A DNA stretch of 64,000 bases from a bacterium (GTDB taxonomy: Bacteria > Hinthialibacterota > Hinthialibacteria > Hinthialibacterales > Hinthialibacteraceae): contig CAXXSM010000100.1 of assembly GCA_963663405.2 (NCBI GenBank), forward strand, positions 1-64,000, in the 5' to 3' direction. Below the pieces are notes generated by a model. That model saw only the letters and a program-made list of their open reading frames with translations. It searched no databases and was not told the origin of the DNA. Made by a program: the position numbers and the translations under genes. Shown here in pieces: positions 44,707 through 56,206 of this stretch; position 1 is the first letter of the stretch, and every line of letters starts with the position of its first letter.

Positions 44707-45999
44707 TCAACGTTTTCGTACACGGGAAAGAATTTTTTCGTAGCGTTGACGGTAGACAGGATTATTCGGATCAAGGTCAATGGCCTTGCGTATCGACCGC
44801 AGGCAGAGATCGGCGTCGCCATGGGAATAATAGGCCCAGCTCAAAATGTCGTACGCTTCCGCCGTAGGTTCGCTGCTCACTACGCTTTCGAGAAGTTCAA
44901 TCGCTTTTTGGGGACCCTCTTTGCTACTGCTGTAGAGGAAGGTTTTCGCAAGTCCACGTTTGACCGCGTTGTCGTCTGGATTGAGTTCATGCGCTTTCGC
45001 GAGCGCCTGATGAGCGTTTTTCCAGTCTTTCTGCGATGCGAGAATGAGTCCCAGCCCCAAGTAGTAACGATGATCCTCTCCATTCATCGTCAGCAATTCC
45101 CGGAACAGGGTCTCGGCTTTCTTCGGTTGTTCCAGGTCTTGGTAGACCTGAGCCAACCTGAAACGGGCTTCTTCACTTTTTGGATCGAACGAGAGTGTTT
45201 TTAAAAAATGGAACCGGGATTCATTCAACCGGTTGCGCTGGTAATAGATCGAAGCCACATCAAAATGGACAGCGGCGGCGGAAGCGTTTGCGTTCTCTTG
45301 ATCGGTCTTTTCGACCACCGTTTCGTCCATATATTTTTCTTCTTCTTTTTTCTTTTCGCGGAACGTCTCTAACATTTTTTTCGCCGCGTCTTGATCGCCT
45401 TGCTGCCGGTAAATCTTGGAGAGTAGATAGTACGGTTCGGGCAAGAGGGAATTATACTTGCTCGCAGCTTCCGCTTCGCGCCGGGCTTCATCCAAACGGC
45501 CTTCGTCGAAATAACGCTGCCCCAAATAGAAATGACAAGACGCGTCAGTCGGATTGTATTTCAGTTCCGCTTCAAACGCGTCACGGGCTTCTTCCATACG
45601 ATTCAACTTTTCGAGCGCCTGCCCGAGCCGCTTGTTCGCCTGCGGAGCGCCGGGATCGAGCCGCAGCGTTTTTTGATACCAGTCCACCGCGTTTTCATAA
45701 TCTGGAAGACGGGCGTAGAGAAACGCGACCATCTGCACAATCGACGCTTTTCCCGGCTCATACTCCAATCCCTTTTTAAAAGCCTCAATCGCTTCCTCAT
45801 ATTTCCTCGCGCGGTAATACACATATCCCATTGCAAAATGACTCGGCGCGAACTCTGGAAACGCATTCTGAACCTGATCCGCGACACCAACAGTATATTC
45901 CAAAACCTTCTTTGGATTCATTTTCTCCGCGGCAAAGACTGAGCAACCGGCGTGAGAAACAACAGCGAAAAGAAAAAAAACAATGAGTAATCGTTTCAT
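44707..45999 (-). CDS. Tetratricopeptide repeat protein
   Basis: Many TPR units after a signal peptide (MKRLLIVFF). Confidence 0.88.
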   Translation of the reverse strand: MKRLLIVFFLFAVVSHAGCSVFAAEKMNPKKVLEYTVGVADQVQNAFPEFAPSHFAMGYVYYRARKYEEAIEAFKKGLEYEPGKASIVQMVAFLYARLPDYENAVDWYQKTLRLDPGAPQANKRLGQALEKLNRMEEARDAFEAELKYNPTDASCHFYLGQRYFDEGRLDEARREAEAASKYNSLLPEPYYLLSKIYRQQGDQDAAKKMLETFREKKKEEEKYMDETVVEKTDQENANASAAAVHFDVASIYYQRNRLNESRFHFLKTLSFDPKSEEARFRLAQVYQDLEQPKKAETLFRELLTMNGEDHRYYLGLGLILASQKDWKNAHQALAKAHELNPDDNAVKRGLAKTFLYSSSKEGPQKAIELLESVVSSEPTAEAYDILSWAYYSHGDADLCLRSIRKAIDLDPNNPVYRQRYEKILSRVRKR

Positions 46000-46204
46000 G
46001 ATAGTAATACCTCTGCGGAATAACGGCGAATTTCCTGTATTATAGTAAATGAGCAATATCAAGCCGTCAATATATTCTAAAATTCGCTTGACAATCTGGA
46101 TGAGGGAAGCATAATGCGAAGCTACATAGTAACCTGTTCCGATTGAATGAAGATTATGTGATGATAGGTTCATTAGACGAAAATGTCATAAAGGATAATG
46201 GCTG

Positions 46205-46432
46205 GTGATTATAAAGTTCTCACGACACGCAAAACGAAGATCAAAGTTATATGATATATCCCAACAAACAATTGAGAAAATCATTGAAAATTCGAATATA
46301 GATGAAGGTAAACATGAATTAATAGAAGATGTTTCTGGTTTTAAATATCCGATAAAGATAGTTGTTTCAGTGGAAGGTAATATCGTGACTGTGATTACAA
46401 ATTATCCTTTAAAGAAAGGAAGAAAGCAATGA
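46205..46432 (+). CDS. DUF4258-like putative toxin
   Basis: IKFSRHAKRR...IVTVITNYP; coupled to the next gene. Confidence 0.75.
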   Translation: MIIKFSRHAKRRSKLYDISQQTIEKIIENSNIDEGKHELIEDVSGFKYPIKIVVSVEGNIVTVITNYPLKKGRKQ

Positions 46433-46671
46433 AAGTCCATTACGATGAAGAAATAGACGCCTTATACATCACTCTTGGCGATCAAAAACCCGATGGAGTG
46501 ATTGAAATCGATGAGGGGGTAAATATTGATACCACAACGAATGGGAATCTTACTGGAATTGAAATTCTCAATGCGTCTCAGAAAATAAATATTGAAACGA
46601 TCTTGTCTTACGTTTTAGAATTTGATCGGGATATACTAAAAAAAACTAGCCGAAGAAGCCGCCCTATTTAA
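46429..46671 (+). CDS. DUF2283-family putative antitoxin
   Basis: MKVHYDEEIDALYI...GIEILNAS. Confidence 0.85.
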   Translation: MKVHYDEEIDALYITLGDQKPDGVIEIDEGVNIDTTTNGNLTGIEILNASQKINIETILSYVLEFDRDILKKTSRRSRPI

Positions 46672-46994
46672 TTGTCCGATCACACATTGGTATTCCCAGA
46701 ATTCAACATGGAAGAAAATCAAATCTTTTTTTAAATACAATTGCTATAATTATGGATATAATTATAGATAATTATTGGGATTTAATTGAAGGTTCTCGCC
46801 CGCAGAATGTTTTGACAAACAACTGAATTGACTCTTACTGGAATTTTATGATCTATGGTTCGATGATGACAATTCACTGCGTATAGCTATTTTGCTTGAC
46901 AATCGGAACAATGGCTCCATACATATGGACTGAATTTGCCGAATGGCGTTTTATTATTAATGTTAACCAAAGGGGATAAAGAAATTGAATCAAA

Positions 46995-47434
46995 TGAACG
47001 CAGTAAAAAGACTCTATTTCTCTAAACGGGTAATTTTATTCGAATCGATTGGTTTTATTGTCATGATCCTCTTCTTTTGGATCATTGAATTGGTCGATAT
47101 TCCCAATTTCATTATGAGGGGGGAACCGACGCCGATTAACTGGGTTGAAGCGTTAATTGAAAGCTCTGGTATCGCTTTTCTCGGCGCCGTATGTGTGATT
47201 TACACAAAATTAATGCTTCTGCGATTGAAATATCTCGAGGGAATTATCCCCATCTGTTCTTCGTGCAAGAAAATAAGAGATGATTCTGGGCAATGGCGTC
47301 AAATTGAGTCTTACATTCGTGAAAAATCCGAAGCTGAATTCAGTCATGGCCTTTGTCCTGAATGTATGAAAAAATTGTACCCGGATATTTATGCGAAGAT
47401 GCATGAATCAAACAAAGATAATAACACTTTTTAG
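46995..47434 (+). CDS. Membrane protein with LEGIIPICSSCKKIRD signalling-associated domain
   Basis: Two TM segments, then CxxC...SHGLCPEC. Confidence 0.75.
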
Positions 47435-47739
47435 TGATTTGGCGTTGACTCAATTTCTTTTGATGACCACATTTTGCGATCTCATACCATAAAATCATTA
47501 TCCCATCTATTGGAAAAACTCAATTCTCTCAATTGTCTTTTTTTTAAACTAGAAGACCCTCCACTTCGATTTTCTCTTTTTTCAGATTGAACCACTAAAG
47601 TCTAACCGGATTTTGGACGATAGTAGAATTAGACATTTGCTATGTATTGTAAAGGGTGGATGAGGCGGATTGCAATCCCCACTCCCGATTGAATAACACC
47701 GGTCAAACCATTTTATCCATCAGAGCCAAGGACGGCTGA

Positions 47740-49131
47740 ATGGATCCACGGACGGGTCGAGCTGTACTGATGGCAAAGGCGAAAACTATGAATACCACGC
47801 CTAGCCTGAGCGCTCAAACAGTTGGCGTATCCGCATCCATTATCAATGGATACACGGCGCCGGAACTCGGTCAACAGTCTTCGAACACCGGTTCATCGGT
47901 GAGAATTGCCAGTCATATGATGATTTCGCGGCGCGATAATGCGGTGATCTCCACCCAGGCGCGGGAGATGGCGCAGATTCGCGAGTCTGGAGAAGATTCT
48001 CAAATTCGCCGGATTCAAGAAGCCGCAATGGACGATAAGAGCGATAAGGGAGGAGTTCCTTTACCGGATGAGTTCACGCTGGAGGCCCAGACCGGATCAT
48101 TGGCTCGATCGTTAAGCCGTGAACAAGTGGGCGATATCGCCGCGCAGATGCACAAACTTTTTGGCTTGAATGAAACAGCCAGCCGGCAATTGCTGTCAGA
48201 AACCAATTCAACAAATACGAACACATTACAAACCGAAGCCCTTAATCCAACCAGCGATACCCCCTCCAATCCATTAGCGGACGTTCAAACCAATCCTGAA
48301 TTTCAATCGTATATCGCTTTGATCCGTATGCTCTCCAAAGATGATGAAGCGTTGGGGAAAGCGCTGAATCAGTTGGAAGAATACCTCGCTGGTGAATCGC
48401 CGGAATCGGAAGGAATGTCCCTGGACGATATGATGGCAAAGATCGGCGAGGAATATCAGGCGGAACAAGCCGCGCAGTCCTCCGCGTCATCCTACGTTGA
48501 AATCAGAATCAGCAGCCGTCAGGAACTGGAAATCCGGATGGAACAAAACCAACCGGTACAAACCAGTGAACGGATCGTCTTCAATACAGTGATCGCGGCG
48601 GATGGAACTGTTTCTGTCCAGCAAGTCGCGCAAGGTGATCCGTTGGTTCTCGATTTAGATGGCGATGGAATCGAACTCACTTCCGTCGAGGAAGGAGTCT
48701 CGTTCTCTCTCGATGGAACAGGCAGAACTCATCAAACGGCGTTTGTAACCGGCGGAGACGCCTTTCTCGCATTGGACCGAAACGGAAACGGTGTCATTGA
48801 CAGCGGAAAAGAACTGTTTGGCGAACAACATGGGGCCAAGGATGGATTTGAAGAACTCCGTAAATTAGATGACAACCATGATGGTCAAATCGACGCGCAA
48901 GACGCAGTCTACTCTCAACTCAGACTCTACAGCGAAAAGAACATGGATGGAATCTCTCAGCAAGATGAACTGAGAACGCTGGTGGAGGAAGGCGTTTCCG
49001 CCATTTCACTTCACGCCGAAAAAGAGAATCAAATCATCGCTGGAAACACACTCGATCGCGTGGCCTCCTTCGAGCGGGTGGATGGTTCGCAAGGAATCAT
49101 CGGTGACGCGCTGCTCAACTTCTACGTTTGA
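47740..49131 (+). CDS. Hypothetical with C-terminal DPLVLDLDGDG / EF-hand-like Ca-binding region
   Basis: DPLVLDLDGDGIEL, LALDRNGNGVIDSGKELFG and DDNHDGQID. Confidence 0.75.
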   Translation: MDPRTGRAVLMAKAKTMNTTPSLSAQTVGVSASIINGYTAPELGQQSSNTGSSVRIASHMMISRRDNAVISTQAREMAQIRESGEDSQIRRIQEAAMDDKSDKGGVPLPDEFTLEAQTGSLARSLSREQVGDIAAQMHKLFGLNETASRQLLSETNSTNTNTLQTEALNPTSDTPSNPLADVQTNPEFQSYIALIRMLSKDDEALGKALNQLEEYLAGESPESEGMSLDDMMAKIGEEYQAEQAAQSSASSYVEIRISSRQELEIRMEQNQPVQTSERIVFNTVIAADGTVSVQQVAQGDPLVLDLDGDGIELTSVEEGVSFSLDGTGRTHQTAFVTGGDAFLALDRNGNGVIDSGKELFGEQHGAKDGFEELRKLDDNHDGQIDAQDAVYSQLRLYSEKNMDGISQQDELRTLVEEGVSAISLHAEKENQIIAGNTLDRVASFERVDGSQGIIGDALLNFYV

Positions 49132-49141
49132 TCCCATACGG

Positions 49142-50146
49142 TTAGATAAACCGCGCGCCCCCTCGAAACGGAGGTGGTTCATCCGCGTCTCTCCGTTTGA
49201 GTGGTTGTAGAACCGCCTTGCGGAAATTGAGCATTTCCGTCCGGCCCATACCATCGAACATTAGCACGCAATGCGATAATCCGTTATCGAGCATCCGAGC
49301 CGCGTTCCATAGGGACACTTCACATTGCCGAAACACCCAGCGCAGTTTTTGCGCGTAGAATTCCGCGCGTTGAATCGACGCATAGGCGGTAACCGGCTGC
49401 TCGCGATACGTCGAACGCCGCTGTTCACCTACGATCCCTCGATGAAGAGCAATCCAGACATAAGGAACAACCTCCGCTCCCCAACGGTAGAGCGCGTCTC
49501 GTTCTTCCTCATCCTTTTCAAACGCATCCACGGCCAGTTCCGCCGCTTTACGGTTGTATAGTTTGTATCCGGATTGAAGATCCGGCCACGGCCCATATTG
49601 GCGGTAGTAAATCTGATTGGGCGCGTAGTTCTTCTTCGCCAGAGCGAACTGTAGAGCGGCGTCGATTACCCCGTTGAGGATTTTCTCATACACCGCCCGG
49701 TAGAGCGTTAAGGGAGGTTCCAGCTGATTCCGCCCGCCAACCACAAGAATCGGCGCGTCTTCGCATTCCTCCTGCATTTGGCGCCCCAGTTCGAGCATAG
49801 CGGAAAAATCATCCACCCGGTGATCTCCATCCGCGTCCCGCACGGCGAACCATTCCATGGACGAATCTACAAGCCCACACTGCAGTCCTGCAACCACTCC
49901 CTTCCCTTTCCCTTTGTTCTCAGTGGCGTTAACAATCTGGAAATGAGATGTGGTCTGTTCCCGGATTCGTTCCGCGATTGGAAGAACACGTTCAACACCG
50001 TCTATATACACGTATTGATTATCCGGTTCTGCGATCCTCTCAGCCCCCGTTAAGGTCATGGAAAGCAGCCGCTCGATTTCATCTTCTTCCACACGGTCCG
50101 AAAACCAGGCCGGGATAATCATAAACACATTTGAATTACACGACAT
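49142..50146 (-). CDS. Glycosyltransferase family 2-like
   Basis: NKGKG, DADGDH and DLQSGYK motifs. Confidence 0.75.
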   Translation of the reverse strand: MSCNSNVFMIIPAWFSDRVEEDEIERLLSMTLTGAERIAEPDNQYVYIDGVERVLPIAERIREQTTSHFQIVNATENKGKGKGVVAGLQCGLVDSSMEWFAVRDADGDHRVDDFSAMLELGRQMQEECEDAPILVVGGRNQLEPPLTLYRAVYEKILNGVIDAALQFALAKKNYAPNQIYYRQYGPWPDLQSGYKLYNRKAAELAVDAFEKDEEERDALYRWGAEVVPYVWIALHRGIVGEQRRSTYREQPVTAYASIQRAEFYAQKLRWVFRQCEVSLWNAARMLDNGLSHCVLMFDGMGRTEMLNFRKAVLQPLKRRDADEPPPFRGGARFI

Positions 50147-50158
50147 TCCACGCTCCCC

Positions 50159-52741
50159 TTAATATAAAATTCCATTAAACAAGAGCCGGAACGTCCCGTG
50201 CGGCTGCGCCCGGTGTTGAACGCGGAATCCGTAAAGAACAATCTTCCCAGAGCCGTAGGGGATGGCCAAAGCGGCGATTTTTTTCTGCAGATGTTGTTCC
50301 CCAAAAATCCAACCGCTAAGTAGAGTAACAGTCTTATCGTATACCGCGACGATCTCCGGTTTCCCAATCGCAGGGCCGTCGAAATCTTCTCGCGTCGCGT
50401 TTTTAATTATGTCAAATGCGTACGAGCGAGAGAAATAAGCGGCCGCTTTCTTGGGCATCCCAAAAGCGACGGGCGAGTCTGTGTTCAGATTGATGCGCAA
50501 CAATGAACCAGCGCAGAAGAATTCAGTTTGTTTCAAACCACTGAGCACATTCTTAATGGGTAGATCGAAATGTTTAATTGCAAAGAAACAAGAACTATCC
50601 AAACAAAGCAACCGTCCTCCTTGATCAACGAAATCCTGCATGGCCGCCACACCGATATCGCCAATGCCTCCTACATACTGGGGCGCCGTAGTGGATTCTT
50701 TACTGCCATTGATTAACGTATCGACACCCATATCTGGAATGATGATCGCGTCATACCGGTCTCGCAGGTTCCCCGCCCGGATTTCCGCATTGTGCAGTGA
50801 AGTGTAATCAAATTCGAATTGTTCGATGACAAAGCGGGTCCATCCCTCATCCATGTTGGCGGTCCAGGGTTGATAAAGGCCCAGCCGAGGTTTAGGGATT
50901 TCCGCCAGTGTCTCTTTCGGTGGGGATGAAGAAATACGGGCAACTTCTAATCCCAATTCCTCGATCCATTCCCGTAGTTGGTTCTCTTGCGAAGAGCCGT
51001 TGGGCGCATACAAGAGACAACCGGTGGGATAGTCTTCCTTGCGCGTTCCCCATTTTTCCGTCATAACGAAGACGGGAATTTCCTCACGAAACGCGCGGTT
51101 GGCGAGGATAAAATCGTTAGTGGTTTGATTTTTTGTAATATAGGTCGAACCGCTTCCCCGGATTTCAACCGGTGGAATGGAAAAGATTTCTGCGCGGCGA
51201 GACTCCGCATCGAAAGTGGTCTGCACGGTGATTACGTTCACGCCCATCTGATACGGCAGTGTCCATCCGGCTACATCATAGGGCGCTTCGGCGGGACCAC
51301 CGGGATATAGAAAGCGGTCAGGGTACTCCTGCGGTTCCATTAAATCTTTCAGGTGATTGCGGTATGGCTGCGCGCAGTAGGCGATATATGTCCCTGCCCC
51401 GTATTCAACGCCATCCGCAATAAAAGAATCTTCCGCGACATCGATCTCAATGCCGCCCATCCGCAAAATCCGCAGCATCTTCACTGCCGTCGGAAAATCC
51501 CGTTGTTCTTTGGGGATGAGATAAGCGAACGGTGGTTCTTCCGCTCCAAGACGGATCGCTTTTTCGCCTAATTCCAGATAATTGCGGTTGAACCGGTCTC
51601 GATAACGGGCCGCTACATTGAAAAGAGCGTAACAGGCGATTTCTTCGTAATCGATCACATCCCGCAGCCGCCACCAGCCCCCATCCCACGGATCGGCGAA
51701 ATTGACCTGAGGCCGGTATTCTTGCAAACCCCGTGTATGGCCGCTTAATTCTGATTTCCGCTGGAAGATGGGAGACGCGACAAGCGGTGAGGCCGCTTCG
51801 GTCAGGATCCCAACAATGTTATGACGATAGGGTGTAGTACGATTGCCGCCATGCCACCAATTATCGTAAATCGCATTCGTCAATACTCCCTTCTTCCCAT
51901 TCTCGGCCAATTCAGTGGCCATATGTCCGCCAATTATTTTTAGGGATTCATGAATAATCGGATCCACATTGGGATTGATGGGATCGAAAAAGGGAGGGAG
52001 GAAGAACCGGCAACCGCTATTTCCCATCTGGTGAATATCATAAATAATGCAGGGGTACCATTCCTCGTAGAGAACCCGTGTCAAAATCCGCGTTTCTTGC
52101 TGTGTAAGCATAAACCAATCACGGTTATTATCGTGTCCTACATATTTTTGATACAACCAGGGCATCCCCTGCCCCTCCCACGGTTTCCCCAGGCTGCTCT
52201 CATACCAATCAATAACTTTATTTATCCCATCCGGATTGGCCGAGGGAACTAACAAAATAATCGTATTATCAAGGATCTCCCGCGTCCGTTCGTCCTGATC
52301 CACCGCCAGTTGATACAACAGTTCCATCGACAGCTGAGAGGAACCGATCTCACTGGAATGAATAGCGCAGGAGATGAGAACGACGGTTTTGGCTTTCTCC
52401 AAAACCTGTTCCCGCTCCCCTGATTGAATTTCATTGGGATGGGAGAGCAGCCGCTGATACCGCTTGTAGCGGCCGATTTCCTCTATCGTTTCCGGTGAGG
52501 AAATCGTGGCCAACAAGAACGGCGCGTTTTCCGTCGTACGGCCGATTTCTTCAACAATCGCTCGATCCGTTTCTTCCGCCACATGATAAAAATAGTCTAC
52601 AATGGTCTCCCATCGCGCCAGTTTAAAATCCGCCCCGACCGGATGCCCGATAAACTCCTCCGGCGATTGGATCGACGCCACGCTGGATGACAGTGGGATG
52701 GACATTAACAATAAATAGAGAACGAATACGCGTGTTTTCAT
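50159..52741 (-). CDS. M14 zinc carboxypeptidase-like protein
   Basis: IHSSE, NPDG, DNNRDW and DIHQMG; C-terminal GATase-like domain. Confidence 0.88.
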   Translation of the reverse strand: MKTRVFVLYLLLMSIPLSSSVASIQSPEEFIGHPVGADFKLARWETIVDYFYHVAEETDRAIVEEIGRTTENAPFLLATISSPETIEEIGRYKRYQRLLSHPNEIQSGEREQVLEKAKTVVLISCAIHSSEIGSSQLSMELLYQLAVDQDERTREILDNTIILLVPSANPDGINKVIDWYESSLGKPWEGQGMPWLYQKYVGHDNNRDWFMLTQQETRILTRVLYEEWYPCIIYDIHQMGNSGCRFFLPPFFDPINPNVDPIIHESLKIIGGHMATELAENGKKGVLTNAIYDNWWHGGNRTTPYRHNIVGILTEAASPLVASPIFQRKSELSGHTRGLQEYRPQVNFADPWDGGWWRLRDVIDYEEIACYALFNVAARYRDRFNRNYLELGEKAIRLGAEEPPFAYLIPKEQRDFPTAVKMLRILRMGGIEIDVAEDSFIADGVEYGAGTYIAYCAQPYRNHLKDLMEPQEYPDRFLYPGGPAEAPYDVAGWTLPYQMGVNVITVQTTFDAESRRAEIFSIPPVEIRGSGSTYITKNQTTNDFILANRAFREEIPVFVMTEKWGTRKEDYPTGCLLYAPNGSSQENQLREWIEELGLEVARISSSPPKETLAEIPKPRLGLYQPWTANMDEGWTRFVIEQFEFDYTSLHNAEIRAGNLRDRYDAIIIPDMGVDTLINGSKESTTAPQYVGGIGDIGVAAMQDFVDQGGRLLCLDSSCFFAIKHFDLPIKNVLSGLKQTEFFCAGSLLRINLNTDSPVAFGMPKKAAAYFSRSYAFDIIKNATREDFDGPAIGKPEIVAVYDKTVTLLSGWIFGEQHLQKKIAALAIPYGSGKIVLYGFRVQHRAQPHGTFRLLFNGILY

Positions 52742-53218
52742 TGATTGCCTCCTATATGAAACGCGTGATTGTATCTTCAAAGGATGAATGTACGTATCTT
52801 GCGGGATGTTTTTCTCCAGGTCAATGCGTAACGGGAGATTTCTATAATTCGTTGATTTTATCGATCCTGGTATAGCCTTGAGCGCGGCATTATGGTAGAT
52901 TACTTCTAAAGAAACACCTAGGTATCAACCTCGATGTTGAAATGATACTAAATCTGGGTTCAATTTTAAATTAATCCAAAAAACGGACAGGTTCGTCTGC
53001 TTATAAAAGAAAGCGGTAAAAGCCGAAAAGAGAATCTGCGCAAATCGATAAACATCATAATAGAGTCTTTATTTTTTTATGAATAGATACGAGTACCGTC
53101 TTACAGAAATCGTGTAACTGCAATGTGAGGAAAATGAAGATTGGGAGTAAAAACCTCTCAATCCACGTTTGTTCATTTTCACCAAACATTTTGATTTCTA
53201 TTGCATGAGGTAAAGATC

Positions 53219-53554
53219 ATGCGCATCGAGAAAAGTTCGATGGGAGACGTGGTTCTGCTCAAAATATCGGGAAAGATTTCGTTTACTGATATTCAGACAC
53301 TAAAGACCATGTTGCGAAAATTGGCGATTTCAGGAAAAGAAAAGATCCTAGTGGACTGCGCCAATATGGACAGTCTTAACAGCCAAGCGCTAGCGACATT
53401 CATGTCAGCGTACAGGATGTTGAAAGAGGGTTTCATTTCATTCGCCAATGCGAATCCGCATGTCAGGGCGGTGTTTGAAACGACTCATCTCGATCAACGA
53501 TTCCATCTCTATGATACTATTGAAGACGCGATCACCGAGATGAAATTCGCTTAA
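53219..53554 (+). CDS. STAS domain anti-sigma-factor antagonist
   Basis: LKISGKI, VDCANMDSLNSQAL and VFETTHLD. Confidence 0.85.
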   Translation: MRIEKSSMGDVVLLKISGKISFTDIQTLKTMLRKLAISGKEKILVDCANMDSLNSQALATFMSAYRMLKEGFISFANANPHVRAVFETTHLDQRFHLYDTIEDAITEMKFA

Positions 53555-53582
53555 AAACGATCCACGCCGCTGGCTATTCGTT

Positions 53583-54314
53583 ATGCCCTATTTACACACC
53601 GAAGCCATCACATTGCGGCGGCGGCGTACCCGTGACGCGGACGCGCTTGTCACACTTTACACGTGCGAAAGCGGAAAAATCACCGTTTCCACTCGTGGTG
53701 TTCTGAAACCCACCAGCCGCCGAGCCGGAGTCACGCAGCCCTTCAACCATCTCCACACAATCCTCTACGCCAAAAACGAAAACCAGGAAATCTGGACACT
53801 TACACAAGTATCTCTTATCCGCCAATATCCCACCATCCAAAACGATCTCACCCGGCTCTCCTATACGTCCTGCGTTGCTGAGTGGATCGATCTATTGAGC
53901 GGAGAATTCGCTCCGGGCCCCACCATCTGGGAACTTCTGTTAGATCTTCTCGAACGCTGGGAAAAGAAGGTCCCTGCGGATGAAGAACTGTTTTTCTATC
54001 AATGGCGCCTGTTGTCCTGCGCGGGGATTCAACCAGCGGTTCACCCGTGTTGGAAATGCGGTCGGTTTGAATCGAAGGATTGGCGCTATCAACCGGACGC
54101 GGGAGCGGTTTTTTGTGAAACATGTTCTTCAGGAGGCGTTCCACTCAGCGGCGGCGCGGTCCAAGCGCTGCGAAAGATGGCGAATTCAACAGCGCCTCCT
54201 CCCATGAGGCTCTCCACAACACAAAAAAAAGAGATTGGCCTTGTTTTAAACAAACATCTCGAATACCACGGTGGAGCGCAAGCGAAAACACAACTCCTGC
54301 GGCCATCCCGCTAG
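53583..54314 (+). CDS. recO: DNA repair protein RecO
   Basis: TEAITLRR...DADALVTLYT..GKI...RGVLKP.SR; CxxC/CxxC Zn finger. Confidence 0.9.
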   Translation: MPYLHTEAITLRRRRTRDADALVTLYTCESGKITVSTRGVLKPTSRRAGVTQPFNHLHTILYAKNENQEIWTLTQVSLIRQYPTIQNDLTRLSYTSCVAEWIDLLSGEFAPGPTIWELLLDLLERWEKKVPADEELFFYQWRLLSCAGIQPAVHPCWKCGRFESKDWRYQPDAGAVFCETCSSGGVPLSGGAVQALRKMANSTAPPPMRLSTTQKKEIGLVLNKHLEYHGGAQAKTQLLRPSR

Positions 54315-54422
54315 CGCTCGTTTTAGGATGGGGATTATAATAAAAATACTGTGCGTGATTCGCAACTGATCCTTTCATGATTCCTTGCGAACGATTGTTT
54401 AATTTGAGGAGCGTCGATCTAT

Positions 54423-55742
54423 ATGAAACCCATTCTCGTTCTTGGCATTGGTCCACTGAGTATCGACGATTCTCAAAAATTCCACAGTGGAGGGAACCGC
54501 GCCTGGCATTTGACCAAACCGCTGTTGGATGAAGGTCTAGACGTTGTCTTAATCTGCATGCGTATCACAGACAAGAAAGCGCAAGAGCGCCCTAAAGAAG
54601 AACGCCGCCAGCAAGGAACCTTGACTTATTATAGTGTGGATGAATTGACCTGTTTCGCCGATGACGCCTACCTGCGCGCTAAAATTGAAGAACACAATCC
54701 CTGCGCGATCGTAGGCGCTTGTAGCTATCCAGCAGCGCGGGCTGCGTTGGTGGCGGGCACCCTTCCCGTTTGGGCGGATATCCACGGTTACCCAATGGGC
54801 GAAGCCCAAGCGAAAGCGTACCATTACCTGGAACCGGGCTTTATCCATCATTTCTGGAACATCCACCGGCCGGCGCTGTTTCGCGCCGATCGCTTTTCCA
54901 TCACATCGGAACGTCAACGCTTCGCCCTGATCGGTGAATTGGGAACTATGGGACGTTTAAACGGCAATATATTCGGGGAAAACCTGGTCGAAACCATCCC
55001 AATCGCATGGGATCCCCAGACGCCCTTTCATCCCCGGACACGGAGCAAAGACGATCCGTTTTACGTCTTCTTCAGTGGGGGATACAATCTCTGGTGTGAC
55101 GTTGACACATTGTTCAAAGCGTTGGAAACGGCGATGGAGCGCGATTCCCGCATCCATTTTCTCTCGACGGGAGGAGCGATCGACGGTCATGATGAGAAAA
55201 CTTACCCACGTTTCCAGGCACAGATCGAACGATCCCGATTCCGCGATCGATTCGATTTGCGTGGTTGGGTTTCACGGGATGAACTGGAGCAATGCCAAAA
55301 ACAAGCGCATCTCGGTATCAATGTAGATTTAGATTGCTATGAAACCGTCATCGGCGCGCGCAACCGGATCACGGAATTCATGGCGCGGGGGATTCCGGCA
55401 CTCACCACTCTCGGCACGGAAATCAGCCAGATTCTTTTCTATAAAGGTGGCGTTTTGACGGCCCCCATCAACGATCCAACCATTTTGGCCAACGAAATGA
55501 TCCTCGCCGCCAACCATCCAGACAAAATGGAAAGCATGGCGCGACAGGCGCGGCAGTTGTTTGAACAGCATTACACCTACCAGACCACGACCATCGAATA
55601 TTTAAAATGGTGCCAATCCCCCGTCCACAGCCGGGATTTTGGAAAAGAACCAATCCGCCTCGATTACCGGCGCCCCGGTGAACTTACCACCCACAGCAAA
55701 AATCCTATTAAACGAATGCTCCAGAGATTGCTAAAAAAATAA
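54423..55742 (+). CDS. GT-B glycosyltransferase (family 4-like)
   Basis: RNRITEFMARGIP and C-terminal ARQ..EQHYT pattern. Confidence 0.8.
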   Translation: MKPILVLGIGPLSIDDSQKFHSGGNRAWHLTKPLLDEGLDVVLICMRITDKKAQERPKEERRQQGTLTYYSVDELTCFADDAYLRAKIEEHNPCAIVGACSYPAARAALVAGTLPVWADIHGYPMGEAQAKAYHYLEPGFIHHFWNIHRPALFRADRFSITSERQRFALIGELGTMGRLNGNIFGENLVETIPIAWDPQTPFHPRTRSKDDPFYVFFSGGYNLWCDVDTLFKALETAMERDSRIHFLSTGGAIDGHDEKTYPRFQAQIERSRFRDRFDLRGWVSRDELEQCQKQAHLGINVDLDCYETVIGARNRITEFMARGIPALTTLGTEISQILFYKGGVLTAPINDPTILANEMILAANHPDKMESMARQARQLFEQHYTYQTTTIEYLKWCQSPVHSRDFGKEPIRLDYRRPGELTTHSKNPIKRMLQRLLKK

Positions 55743-55750
55743 AACGTCTA

Positions 55751-56008
55751 TCAAGACTCAACATCTGCAGAAGCTTCCTGCTTGATCTGCGCAAATGTCT
55801 TGCGGGATAACTCTCCACGTTCCGCGGCTTCTATACGGGGTTGTAACAAAGTTTCCAATTGCTCTAACGCCTCTCTCTCATTTTGATCCATTTGAGAAGG
55901 CAGAGAACGTTCCAAAACATAGTCTTTGATACTTTGTCCACATAAAGCAGCGGACGCTTTCAAACGTTTATGTTGTTCCGGTGTAATATCAATGGAAAGC
56001 CTTGGCAT
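55751..56008 (-). CDS. RHH antitoxin-like protein (DUF1778/ParD-like)
   Basis: MPRLSIDITPEQHKRLKASAALCGQSIKDYVLER. Confidence 0.75.
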   Translation of the reverse strand: MPRLSIDITPEQHKRLKASAALCGQSIKDYVLERSLPSQMDQNEREALEQLETLLQPRIEAAERGELSRKTFAQIKQEASADVES

Positions 56009-56206
56009 CGCTTCATCCCCTTTATATGAAAATGAGTTTCCGAGACTTGCTCGTTTCCGATTACTCCCGCAACTCATTTTCATTTGCAGGTTGTGATCTT
56101 AATCATGATGGTTAACATTAATTATTAATTTTAGAGATATTATTTTAGCCCACAAAACAACATTTGTACAACTTTTGTTGGATAAAATAATGGTCCACGA
56201 CGGAAA

